DNA from: Pseudomonadota bacterium
GTDB lineage: Bacteria > Pseudomonadota > Gammaproteobacteria > Burkholderiales > Casimicrobiaceae
Direction: 5' to 3'
Length of the DNA stretch: 64,000 nt
Assembly (NCBI GenBank): GCA_009786025.1
Contig: WQUA01000001.1
Span: forward strand, 32,076-96,075
Below, piece by piece: positions 10,098 to 18,209 of this stretch; within the stretch, counting starts at the first letter, position 1, and each line of letters starts with the position of its first letter. The notes below the pieces were generated by a model. That model made no database searches. It saw nothing but the letters and a program-made list of their open reading frames with translations, and was not told the origin of the DNA. The position numbers and the translations under genes are program-made.

Positions 10098-11132
10098 TTA
10101 CCCCGCCAACGAAAAGCGAATCGTGCCATGGCTGTCGATGTGCCGTATCGCTTCGTCGCGCAACCAGAGATGGTTCAGATGGGCGATGGTTTCGCCGACC
10201 GCAAAGAAGCGTTGATGCGCATCAAGCTCGCGGCGAAAGAGTTTCGGGAGCACCTCGGCGGCAGAAAGCGGGCGTGGTGCCAGGCGCAGGGTCTTGCGCA
10301 GATCGTTGAGTTGCTGCTCGTGATGCTCGCGCAGTTGTGCGACCCGTTTGCTTATGCCGTAGAACGGCAAGCCGTGCGATGGCAGCACCAGCGTATTGTC
10401 GGGGATTGCGGCCATTGCGTTCAGCGAATCGAGAAAGTGCGTCAGCGGATCGGATTCCGGCTCGTACGCCCAGACACTGATGTGTGTGCTGATTTTAGGC
10501 AACAGCATATCGCCGGAGATCAACAGCCTCCTCGTCGGCGCATAGAGCGAAACATGTTCCGGCGCGTGGCCGTGACCGACGATGATCCGCCAGGGAATCG
10601 TGTCGATGTCGATCGTGCGGGCGGAGCCTTCATTGAGTCGGTGATAACGGGCGGGCAGGCTGGGAACACCGGTCTGATAGAGACCGGCTAGCGCGGCGAA
10701 AGAGTCGAGGTGCGCGGATTCAATGCCGTGAGCACGGAACAGCGCGACGGTTGCTTCTTCGGTAAACGGTGCGTTGGAATGAAAAATAGCGTGTGCTGTT
10801 AGGAATTCGGCAGCGGTCATTGACAGCGGGCAAGCGAAGCGTTGCATGAGCCAGTCGGCATTGCCGAGGTGGTCGATGTGATGGTGGGTCACCAGAATAC
10901 GGGTGATAGGCTGATCACGCAACGTGGTAAGAAAGTGCTGTTTCCAGAGCGCCCGCGTCGTCTTATCGCCGAAGCCGCAGTCGATTAACAGATAACCGTC
11001 GGTGTCCCGCAGCAACCACAGGTTGATGTGGTCGAGCGCAAACGGCAGAGGCATACGCAACCACAGAACATCAGGAGCGACTTCAAAAGCAGCGCCGAGA
11101 GCAGGCGGTGCGGCATAGGGATACTTCAGCAT
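10098..11132 (-). CDS. MBL-fold metallo-hydrolase
   Basis: Track ORF 10098..11195. I trimmed the start to the ATG at 11132 (MLKYPYAAPP). It carries the THHHIDHLG metal-binding motif. Confidence 0.75.
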   Translation of the reverse strand: MLKYPYAAPPALGAAFEVAPDVLWLRMPLPFALDHINLWLLRDTDGYLLIDCGFGDKTTRALWKQHFLTTLRDQPITRILVTHHHIDHLGNADWLMQRFACPLSMTAAEFLTAHAIFHSNAPFTEEATVALFRAHGIESAHLDSFAALAGLYQTGVPSLPARYHRLNEGSARTIDIDTIPWRIIVGHGHAPEHVSLYAPTRRLLISGDMLLPKISTHISVWAYEPESDPLTHFLDSLNAMAAIPDNTLVLPSHGLPFYGISKRVAQLREHHEQQLNDLRKTLRLAPRPLSAAEVLPKLFRRELDAHQRFFAVGETIAHLNHLWLRDEAIRHIDSHGTIRFSLAG

Positions 11133-11500
11133 GATGGTTCGGAAAAAACGCTTCGACCGCCATTTTAACAACAGTTTGGATGCTTGCCATGGCAATGTTG
11201 TGCGAGGTTACCGGATTGGCGCGGCGCTTTCCCCCGGCTGAAGGCGCTGTTGGGCCACAGATAGAGCGAGCAGGGGGTGAAACGGGATCGAGAATACAGC
11301 TTTGCCTTTTTGTCCGTTATTCTCTATCATTGCTTCGTGTTGTCTTTGCTCTGTCGAAAATAACATGAGCAGCAACAAGGCTCATTTTATGAGCTGTCTT
11401 AAAACTGCTGTCGGCTTCAAGTAAATTATCCTTATCGGTAGTTGCGCGCCGCCTTGAAATTATACCGGCCAAGCCGGACTGATTACGGAGTGAAACGGTT

Positions 11501-12532
11501 TTGTATAAGAAAATTTTAGGGAAAATAACAACCCACCAGGAACTTACGGAGACGGAAATTTCCGAACTCATCGCCGCTATCAATGAGGGAACGATCAGCG
11601 ATGTCCAGATCGCGGGTTTTCAGGTGGCGCTGTTGATGAAAGGTGCGTCGTTGAAAGAAATCGCTTATATCGCGAAGGCGATGAGGGATAACTGCGTTCC
11701 TTTGAAGCCAAAGGTGGCAGGGGAAACGATGGATACTTGCGGCACCGGCGGCGGATTGTCCACCTTCAACATCTCGACGGCGACGGCGCTGGTCGCGGCG
11801 GCGGCGGGCATTCCCGTTGCCAAGCACGGCAGCCGTTCAATCGCCAGCCTCTCCGGCAGCGCCGATGTACTGGAGGCGCTCGGCGTCAACATTCATTTGC
11901 AACCGCGAGAAGTGGAAAAGATGATCGAGGAAATCGGCATCGCCTTCCTGTATGCGCCGCTGTTTCATCCGGTCATGGGCAAGGTGCTGCCGCCGGAGCA
12001 GGATTTAGGCATCAAAACCATTTTCTATTCCATCATCGGGCCGCTGATCAACCCTGCGTTTGCACCCAGACATTTGCTTGGCGTCTATAAACCGGAGTTG
12101 CTCGATACCGTTGCTTTTGTGGCTAAAGAATTGGGCTACACCAACGCGATGTTTGTTCACGGCCTGGATGGTCTGGACGAAATCTCTTTGCTTGGAAAAA
12201 CGCGGATTAATCATCTGAAAAACGGCGAAGTTACGAGTTTCGAAATCGAACCAGAAGATTTTGGCCTGGCGCGATGCGCGCTCCCGGAGATCAAAACCGG
12301 TACGCCTGATGTAAACGCCGCGACAATCAACGGTGTTTTTTCGGGAAAGGTGAGAGATGCAAGGCGTAACGCTATCATCCTCAATGCTGCCGGCGCGCTG
12401 ACTGTCGGCGGTAAGGCCGATGGCTTCAAGACGGGGATTGAGCTTGCCGGCGATTTGATCGACAGCGGTGCGGCAGCAAGGAAGTTGCGGGAACTGAAAG
12501 AGATGTCCAACAGTTTTGGCAAGTCAGGATGA
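11501..12532 (+). CDS. trpD: anthranilate phosphoribosyltransferase
   Basis: TTG start preceded by GGAG. TrpD motifs are present (DTCGTGGG..TFNISTA, KHGSRS..SGSADVLEALG). The 5' third is AT-richer than the window average. Confidence 0.85.
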   Translation: MYKKILGKITTHQELTETEISELIAAINEGTISDVQIAGFQVALLMKGASLKEIAYIAKAMRDNCVPLKPKVAGETMDTCGTGGGLSTFNISTATALVAAAAGIPVAKHGSRSIASLSGSADVLEALGVNIHLQPREVEKMIEEIGIAFLYAPLFHPVMGKVLPPEQDLGIKTIFYSIIGPLINPAFAPRHLLGVYKPELLDTVAFVAKELGYTNAMFVHGLDGLDEISLLGKTRINHLKNGEVTSFEIEPEDFGLARCALPEIKTGTPDVNAATINGVFSGKVRDARRNAIILNAAGALTVGGKADGFKTGIELAGDLIDSGAAARKLRELKEMSNSFGKSG

Positions 12533-13251
12533 GCACTGGTCGGTTTTCTTCCGCTATTGCCGCCGAAAACGAACGCGGATTTGTCGCCGTCATCCCCGAC
12601 ATCAAATGCATTTCGCCCAAAGAGGGCGACTTGCTGCGCGGACGCGATCCTGTGGAGACAGCGAAATTTCTTGCGCACTGTGGCGCGCCCGCGCTGTCGG
12701 TCGTGACCGAAAATGAGCGTTTCGGCGGTAGCGCCGAATTGCTCCGCGCCGTCGCGCAGGCGGCGGGCGTGCCAGTGCTCAGAAAAGATTTCATCACCAA
12801 CGAAGATCAGCTTCTGGAAACGGCGGAACTTGGCGCGTCGGCCGTCTTGCTGATTTGTGCGATCACGGACGAAAAAAACCTGAAAACGCTCCATGAAAAA
12901 GCGCTGGGACTGGGGATCGAGCCATTCGTGGAAGTTCACACAGTGCGGGAGATGGAACTGGTACGCACATTGGGCGCCCGCCTCATCGGCATCAACAACC
13001 GGAACATTGTTACGCTTGAACGGGACGACGGCGGGCCTGCCCGAACAGCTGCGCTTGCATCCGGCGTACCCGCTGGCGCGTTGCTGGTGAGCGAGAGCGG
13101 AATCCTGTCGTCGGAGGATGCGAAATTGGCAGCGGCGTCCGGCGCCAATGCGGTTCTGGTAGGCACGGCGCTTTGGCAGGCGCGTGATATGGGCGCCATG
13201 TATCAGGCGCTTTGCGTCAAAAGGGAAACAGCTCCTTGCGCCCTATCGTAA
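12529..13251 (+). CDS. trpC: indole-3-glycerol phosphate synthase
   Basis: The start overlaps the trpD stop in an ATGA. IGPS motifs are present (IKCISPKEG, PVLRKDFI, EVHT, GINNRN, SESGI). Confidence 0.85.
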   Translation: MSTGRFSSAIAAENERGFVAVIPDIKCISPKEGDLLRGRDPVETAKFLAHCGAPALSVVTENERFGGSAELLRAVAQAAGVPVLRKDFITNEDQLLETAELGASAVLLICAITDEKNLKTLHEKALGLGIEPFVEVHTVREMELVRTLGARLIGINNRNIVTLERDDGGPARTAALASGVPAGALLVSESGILSSEDAKLAAASGANAVLVGTALWQARDMGAMYQALCVKRETAPCALS

Positions 13252-13883
13252 AAATCTGTGGGCTGATGCGCGCGGAGGATGTGCAAATGTGCGTCCGACA
13301 CGGCACGGATATGGTGGGATTCGTTGTTGAATATCCGCGTCCGGTGCCGTGGAACTTGAGCGCGGCGAAAGCAAAGGAACTGATCGCAGCCGTTCCCAAA
13401 CCAGCGGAAACCTGCGTCGTTACCGGCGGGGCGCCGGATCATGTGTTGCGCATTGCCGCCGAAACGAAGCCGAACTATATTCAACTGCATTGCAACGAAA
13501 CGCTTGAGGATACGGCGTACCTCGTCGGCGAATTGGGACAGCAGGGCATCAAAATCATCAAAACCATTTTTCCGAATACGCCCGATCCGGAAAAAACAGC
13601 AGCAGATTTCTGCACGGCAGGCGTTCATGCTGTGCTTTTCGATCCACGCACGCCGGATAACGCCGAACACAGCGGCACAGCCAATCTGTCAGTCTATGAA
13701 AAACTCCAGCGCACTGTGAGCTGTCCGGTCATTCTCGCCGGGGGTATCACCTCGAAAAACGTAGCGGAGATCGTCCGTCAAACAAAGGCGCAGATCATTG
13801 ACCTGATGACCGGCGTAGAGATTTGCCCCGGCATCAAGGACGAGGTGAAGGTTATGGCGCTCTTTCAGGCGCTGGGTTCCTGA
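13212..13883 (+). CDS. trpF: phosphoribosylanthranilate isomerase
   Basis: PRAI-like sequence (VKICGL.., IQLHCNE, ILAGGI, TGVE..PGIKD). The track start at 13212 is TTG. A second TTG at 13236, preceded by AAGGGA, is an equally plausible start. The gene overlaps the end of trpC. Confidence 0.75.
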   Translation: MRQKGNSSLRPIVKICGLMRAEDVQMCVRHGTDMVGFVVEYPRPVPWNLSAAKAKELIAAVPKPAETCVVTGGAPDHVLRIAAETKPNYIQLHCNETLEDTAYLVGELGQQGIKIIKTIFPNTPDPEKTAADFCTAGVHAVLFDPRTPDNAEHSGTANLSVYEKLQRTVSCPVILAGGITSKNVAEIVRQTKAQIIDLMTGVEICPGIKDEVKVMALFQALGS

Positions 13884-13983
13884 ACGCTACAAAAACTTAC
13901 TGGATTGCTTTCCATCGCGCTCGCGGTCGTAATGACTGCCGGCGGGCGCGCTTGCGCAGAATTTATCGGTTAACATCTTAGTG

Positions 13984-14107
13984 GCCATTATCCGCCGCCT
14001 TGTGAAGTGAAATCCTGAATGCCGTTATATGTACATCAGTATGTTCTTTCGTATGTACAAAATCAATGGATTTTCTTGGACGGCTATGTACAGCTACGGA
14101 TAATGGA
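13984..14107. repeat. three TATGTACA direct repeats bracketed by a 10-bp inverted repeat
   Basis: TATGTACA occurs at 14028-14035, 14052-14059 and 14085-14092. CCATTATCCG (~13985-13994) is the reverse complement of CGGATAATGG (~14097-14106). The array is AT-rich and non-coding, between trpF and tRNA-Leu. Confidence 0.6.
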
Positions 14108-14111
14108 TAAT

Positions 14112-14148
14112 AAAAAACCCGCTAACTCTATGAATTAACGGGCTTTTA
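14112..14148 (-). terminator. intrinsic terminator downstream of tRNA-Leu (hairpin usable from both strands)
   Basis: On the minus strand: GCCCGTTAA..TTAGCGGG followed by TTTTTTATT, 33 nt past the tRNA 3' end. Confidence 0.65.
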
Positions 14149-14180
14149 TGGGCTTCTCTGGATGGTGCTGGACTTCTAAA

Positions 14181-14265
14181 TGGTGCCCAGAAGAGGACTC
14201 GAACCTCCAAGGGTCTCCCCACTAGTACCTGAAACTAGCGCGTCTACCAATTTCGCCATCTGGGC
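14181..14265 (-). tRNA. tRNA-Leu (anticodon CAG)
   Basis: The reverse complement reads GCCCAGATGGCGAAATTGGTAGACGCGCTAGTTTCAGGTACTAGTGGGGAGACCCTTGGAGGTTCGAGTCCTCTTCTGGGCACCA. It has a 7-bp acceptor stem, the anticodon loop TTCAGGT, a long variable arm, GGTTCGAGTCC in the T-arm and an encoded CCA. Confidence 0.95.
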
Positions 14266-14277
14266 AGCGAATCTATA

Positions 14278-14306
14278 ATTCTACGAGACGTTCCGGCGCT
14301 TGTCAA
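14278..14306 (-). promoter_or_regulatory. sigma70-type promoter of tRNA-Leu
   Basis: On the minus strand: TTGACA, a 17-nt spacer, then TAGAAT. The -10 hexamer ends 12 nt upstream of the mature tRNA 5' end. Confidence 0.7.
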
Positions 14307-14460
14307 AGTCAAGTCGGTAAGAAAGGCGGGCGGGACGCCCGCGTTCCCGGAAAACCCAACGCCACCCAGCCGTTTCCTAGCAAACGCCCGCGCGGACTTT
14401 TGGGAAAACAGGCATAATTTGAGGCACGCCGCATTTCCCGCAGCCGTTTTCTTCTAAAAA

Positions 14461-16644
14461 GTGATTCTCATGTCCACCTGTTCGTCATCTTCTCGTCGTT
14501 TGCATCTGCCCGATGAGGGCAGGATTTTGAATGCGGTGCGCGAAGCGGGGGTGCCGCTGTTGCCTGTCGCGCTGGCGAAGCGCTTGCAGGTTGACGCTGC
14601 CGACAAGGCGGCGTTCCAGACGCTGTTGGCGCAGTTGGTGAAGCGCGGCGCATTGTTTGCCAACCGCAAGGGGGCGTTGTGTCTGCCGGCAGCGCTCGAT
14701 GTGGTGGTCGGAACAGTGCTTGGGCATCCCGACGGTTTCGGTTTTTTGAGACCGGATGAGGGTAGTGACGATTTGTTTTTGTCGCCGCAGGAGATGTTCA
14801 AGGTTTTGCATGGCGACAAGGTGGCTGCCAGAAAATTGATGCGGGGCGAACGCGGTCGCGTTGAAGCGGAGATTCTCGATGTCCTCGAACGCGGGCAGCG
14901 CGATATCGTGGGGCGTTTGCACCAGCGGCGCGGCGTGTGGTTTGTGGTAGCTGAGGATCGTCGGCTCAATCAGGATTTTTTGTTGACGCCGGAGGGGCGG
15001 GGCACGGCAAAAGCCGGTGATGTGGTGGTGGTGGAAATCGTCGAGCCGCCGACGGCATCGCACGAGGCGATTGTTCGGGTCAAGGAGGTTCTGGGAGCGG
15101 CGGACGATGACGGTATCGAGATCGCGATTGCGCTGCGCAAACATGCGCTGCCATTCGTGTTTTCCGAGGCGGTGGAGCGTTGCGCTGAAAAATTCGGGGA
15201 TGGTGTGAAGCCATCCGATTTCAAGGGGCGGCGCGATTTGCGCGATGTGCCGCTGGTGACGATTGATGGTGAGACGGCGCGCGATTTTGACGACGCGGTG
15301 TATGCAGCCAAAAGCGGTCGCGGCTTCCGCTTGATCGTGGCGATTGCCGACGTGTCGCATTATGTGAAGGACGGCAGCGTGTTGGACAAGGCGGCCAGAG
15401 AGCGCGGCACGTCGGTGTATTTTCCACGTCAGGTGATTCCGATGTTGCCGGAAACTTTGTCGAACGGTTTGTGTTCGCTGAATCCTGCGGTGGATCGGCT
15501 GGTGATGGCGTGCGACATGACGGTTTCCGCCAGGGGAGTGGTGCAGGATTACGCGTTTTATCCGGCGGTGATTCGCTCGCGGGCGCGTTTGACGTATAAC
15601 GAAGTATGGGATTATTTGTCGCGTGGCGCGTTACATCCGGTGTTGAAAGCGGAAGACGTGCGGGCATCGCTGGATACCTTGTATGTGCTATTCAAACGCT
15701 TTTTTGAACAGCGGCAAAAACGCGGCGCGATTGATTTTGAAACCACCGAAATGGAAATGCACTTCGACAAGCGCGGCAAAATCGAAAAGATAACGCCGCT
15801 GGTGCGCAACGATGCGCATCGCTTGATCGAAGAATGTATGTTGGCGGCCAATGTGTGCGCGGCGGAGATGATTCGGGCGCATCATGCGCAGGCGCTGTTC
15901 CGCATTCACGAGGGGCCGACGGCGGAAAAACTGGCGGCGTTGAAAGCGTTTCTCGCATTATGCGCGTTGCGCTTGGGTGGCAATGAAAAGCCGACGACAA
16001 AAGATTACGCCAAGCTGCTCAATCAAATACAAACGCGCGACGACAAGGATTTGTTGCAAACGCTGCTGTTGCGTTCGCTGCAACGCGCCGAATACAGCCC
16101 CAAAGAAGAAGGGCATTTCGGATTGGCCTATCCGGCTTATACACATTTCACTTCGCCGATCCGGCGCTATCCCGATCTGCTGGAGCATCGGGCGCTGAAA
16201 GCGATTCTCGCCGGAAAAACCTATCAACCAAAAGGCGATTCCTGGGAGGCGCTGGGAACGCATTGCTCGATGACCGAGCGCCGCGCCGACGAAGCGACGC
16301 GCGAAGTTGAAACCTGGTTAAAATGTTTGTACATGCAGCGGCATCTGAACGATGTAATGATGGGTACGGTTTCCGGCGTGACGAATTTCGGCTTGTTCGT
16401 TACGTTGGATGGCCTGGCGATCGATGGGCTGGTACATGTGACTGAGTTGGGGCAGGATTATTTTCGTTTTGACGCCACCCGCCACACTTTGACTGGACAG
16501 CGCAGCGGCGTTGTCTATACGCTGGCGCAACGGGTGGCGGTGCAAGTGATTCGGGCCGATCCCGACGCGGGTAAAATTGATTTTGCGTTGTGGGAGGGGG
16601 AATCAGAGGGCAGAAGTCAGAGATCAGGAATCAGAAAAACATAA
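14461..16644 (+). CDS. rnr: ribonuclease R
   Basis: The architecture is cold-shock-like region, RNB domain and S1 domain (MMGTVSGVTNFGLFVTL). The track start is GTG at 14461, with an alternative ATG at 14470. The last ~14 codons lie in a dispersed repeat, and the usual long basic tail is absent. Confidence 0.9.
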   Translation: MILMSTCSSSSRRLHLPDEGRILNAVREAGVPLLPVALAKRLQVDAADKAAFQTLLAQLVKRGALFANRKGALCLPAALDVVVGTVLGHPDGFGFLRPDEGSDDLFLSPQEMFKVLHGDKVAARKLMRGERGRVEAEILDVLERGQRDIVGRLHQRRGVWFVVAEDRRLNQDFLLTPEGRGTAKAGDVVVVEIVEPPTASHEAIVRVKEVLGAADDDGIEIAIALRKHALPFVFSEAVERCAEKFGDGVKPSDFKGRRDLRDVPLVTIDGETARDFDDAVYAAKSGRGFRLIVAIADVSHYVKDGSVLDKAARERGTSVYFPRQVIPMLPETLSNGLCSLNPAVDRLVMACDMTVSARGVVQDYAFYPAVIRSRARLTYNEVWDYLSRGALHPVLKAEDVRASLDTLYVLFKRFFEQRQKRGAIDFETTEMEMHFDKRGKIEKITPLVRNDAHRLIEECMLAANVCAAEMIRAHHAQALFRIHEGPTAEKLAALKAFLALCALRLGGNEKPTTKDYAKLLNQIQTRDDKDLLQTLLLRSLQRAEYSPKEEGHFGLAYPAYTHFTSPIRRYPDLLEHRALKAILAGKTYQPKGDSWEALGTHCSMTERRADEATREVETWLKCLYMQRHLNDVMMGTVSGVTNFGLFVTLDGLAIDGLVHVTELGQDYFRFDATRHTLTGQRSGVVYTLAQRVAVQVIRADPDAGKIDFALWEGESEGRSQRSGIRKT

Positions 16645-16834
16645 TCTCACGCGAAGGCGCGAAGCCGCGAGGGAACGAAAGCTCCCTCCCATTCAAGGGG
16701 AGGGTTGGGGTGGGGATGGGATTTTCAGAGGTCAGGAATCGGGTATCAGAAAAGCACCTTTTTCAAAGGTGGGTGGCCGCCGAAGGCGGTCGGGGGGTTG
16801 TTCTTCTTCGCGTTCTTCGCGCCTTCGCGTGAGA
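16645..16834. mobile_element. MITE-like 190-bp element
   Basis: The terminal inverted repeats are a perfect 20/20 match: TCTCACGCGAAGGCGCGAAG at 16645-16664 and its reverse complement at 16815-16834. The element is flanked by TAA on both sides (16642-16644 and 16835-16837). It has no coding capacity. Its left 26 nt recur at 26775-26800. Confidence 0.55.
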
Positions 16835-16881
16835 TAACGTTTCTCTGATTTCTGATAGCGTTAAAACAGGAACAAAAGAAA

Positions 16882-17745
16882 ATGAGTAAAGAAAACGAAG
16901 CAGGGTTTAATCTGGTCTTTCAAGCGCCGACGGCGTTGCCGCTTGATTTGGCCGGTTGGGCGAAAGGCGCTGGCGCTGATAGCTGGGAAGAAATCCGGCA
17001 ACTACCGCCGGTTTACCGGTTGCGTCATGTCAGAACGCCATCGCAAACGGCGGTGGATTTGTCGCAAAGCGGATTTGACGTAGCGTTGGTGCCGCGTACG
17101 CGTCGCTTGCAGGACGTATGCGTGGTGGCGATGGACATGGATTCAACGTTGATCACCATCGAGTGCATCGACGAAATCGCCGACGCGATCGGTATCAAGC
17201 CGCAGGTCGCCGAGATCACCGAGCGATCCATGCGCGGCGAAGTTGATTTCAGAGAAAGTTTGATGGCGCGGGTAGCGTTGTTGAAAGGCGTACCGGAATC
17301 AGCGCTGGCGGAGATTTACGATAACCGCCTCCTGTTGTCGCCGGGAGCGGAAGCGATGCTGGAGGCGTTTCACGCCGCAGGTGCGAAGACCATTCTGGTA
17401 TCCGGCGGCTTCACGTTTTTCACCGAGAAGCTGCGGGCGCGCTTGGGATTGACGCATGCCGCTGCCAACACACTGGAAATCGTTGACGGCAAATTGACCG
17501 GGCGTGTTGTCGGAGAAATTCTCGGTGCCGCCGGCAAGGCGGCGCAGTTGAGCGCGTTCAAGACGAAATACGCGACGCCGGGCAAACCGTTGACGGTCGC
17601 CATCGGCGATGGCGCCAACGATTTGATGATGTTTCAGGTCGCGGATGTATCGTTTGCGTATCATGCCAAACCGAAAGTGCGCAGCGCGGCGACGCACGCG
17701 ATCGACCATTGCGGGTTGGATGCGATCGTGAATTGTTTTTGTTGA
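16882..17745 (+). CDS. serB: phosphoserine phosphatase
   Basis: HAD motif I (AMDMDSTLI) in a SerB-type context (IECIDEIA, GDGANDL), with an N-terminal ACT-like extension. Confidence 0.9.
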   Translation: MSKENEAGFNLVFQAPTALPLDLAGWAKGAGADSWEEIRQLPPVYRLRHVRTPSQTAVDLSQSGFDVALVPRTRRLQDVCVVAMDMDSTLITIECIDEIADAIGIKPQVAEITERSMRGEVDFRESLMARVALLKGVPESALAEIYDNRLLLSPGAEAMLEAFHAAGAKTILVSGGFTFFTEKLRARLGLTHAAANTLEIVDGKLTGRVVGEILGAAGKAAQLSAFKTKYATPGKPLTVAIGDGANDLMMFQVADVSFAYHAKPKVRSAATHAIDHCGLDAIVNCFC

Positions 17746-17749
17746 AATC

Positions 17750-18140
17750 ATAGATCAGATGTCAGCACATAGGTCGCCGGTGAGCGCAGTGAACCGCGAC
17801 GTTTTGGTTCACGCGAAGCCGCGAAGGGACAATCCCCTCTCCCTCTTGTGGAGGAGAAGGCGTAGGGGCGGGTTTCAAACCCGCCCTTTTCTCCCTTACG
17901 TCTTTGCGTAAGAAATTTTCTTTGCGTTCTTTGCGGTTAAAGAATGTTTTAGGGTTCCCGATCCTGTGGCTTCGCGCAGGATAACGCACTTCGCTTGCTA
18001 AGCATGATTAACATGGTGCCCCCATAGTGCCTCCGTAGCCATTTTACGCCGGTAAGGGGTATTGTAAATACTTTATCGCATCGCGTTTACGCGAGGGCGC
18101 GGAGAAAAGCGCCTTCTCCCGCCATGGGAGAAGGGACTGG
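17750..18140. repeat. composite of dispersed repeat modules
   Basis: Non-coding. It contains a TCACGCGAAGCCGCGAAGG variant, a CCTCTCCC..GGAGGAGA hairpin, GGGGCGGGTTTCAAACCCGCCC (17865-17886), GCGTTCTTTGCGGTTAAA (17924-17941, reverse-complement copy at 57891-57908) and CCTTCTCCCgccatGGGAGAAGG (18112-18135). Confidence 0.55.
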
Positions 18141-18209
18141 CGAAAGAAGGCAGGGCCAAGACCCTATTAAGCGAAACCGGCTTCGGTCATTTTGTTATTG
18201 CCAGGCAGG

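Noticed and set aside
11365-11424. A 19-codon mini-ORF in the trpD upstream spacer, considered as a trp attenuation leader peptide.
   Set aside because: It contains no Trp codons, and I could not find alternative terminator/antiterminator pairings around it.
11425-11460. Short direct repeats ATTATCC..GCCGCCTTG..AAAT at 11425-11460 and 13987-14013, bracketing the trp cassette, considered as att-like island borders.
   Set aside because: They match only 7 + 9 nt, with different internal spacing, and I found them post hoc. This is statistically weak without genome-wide background or an integrase.
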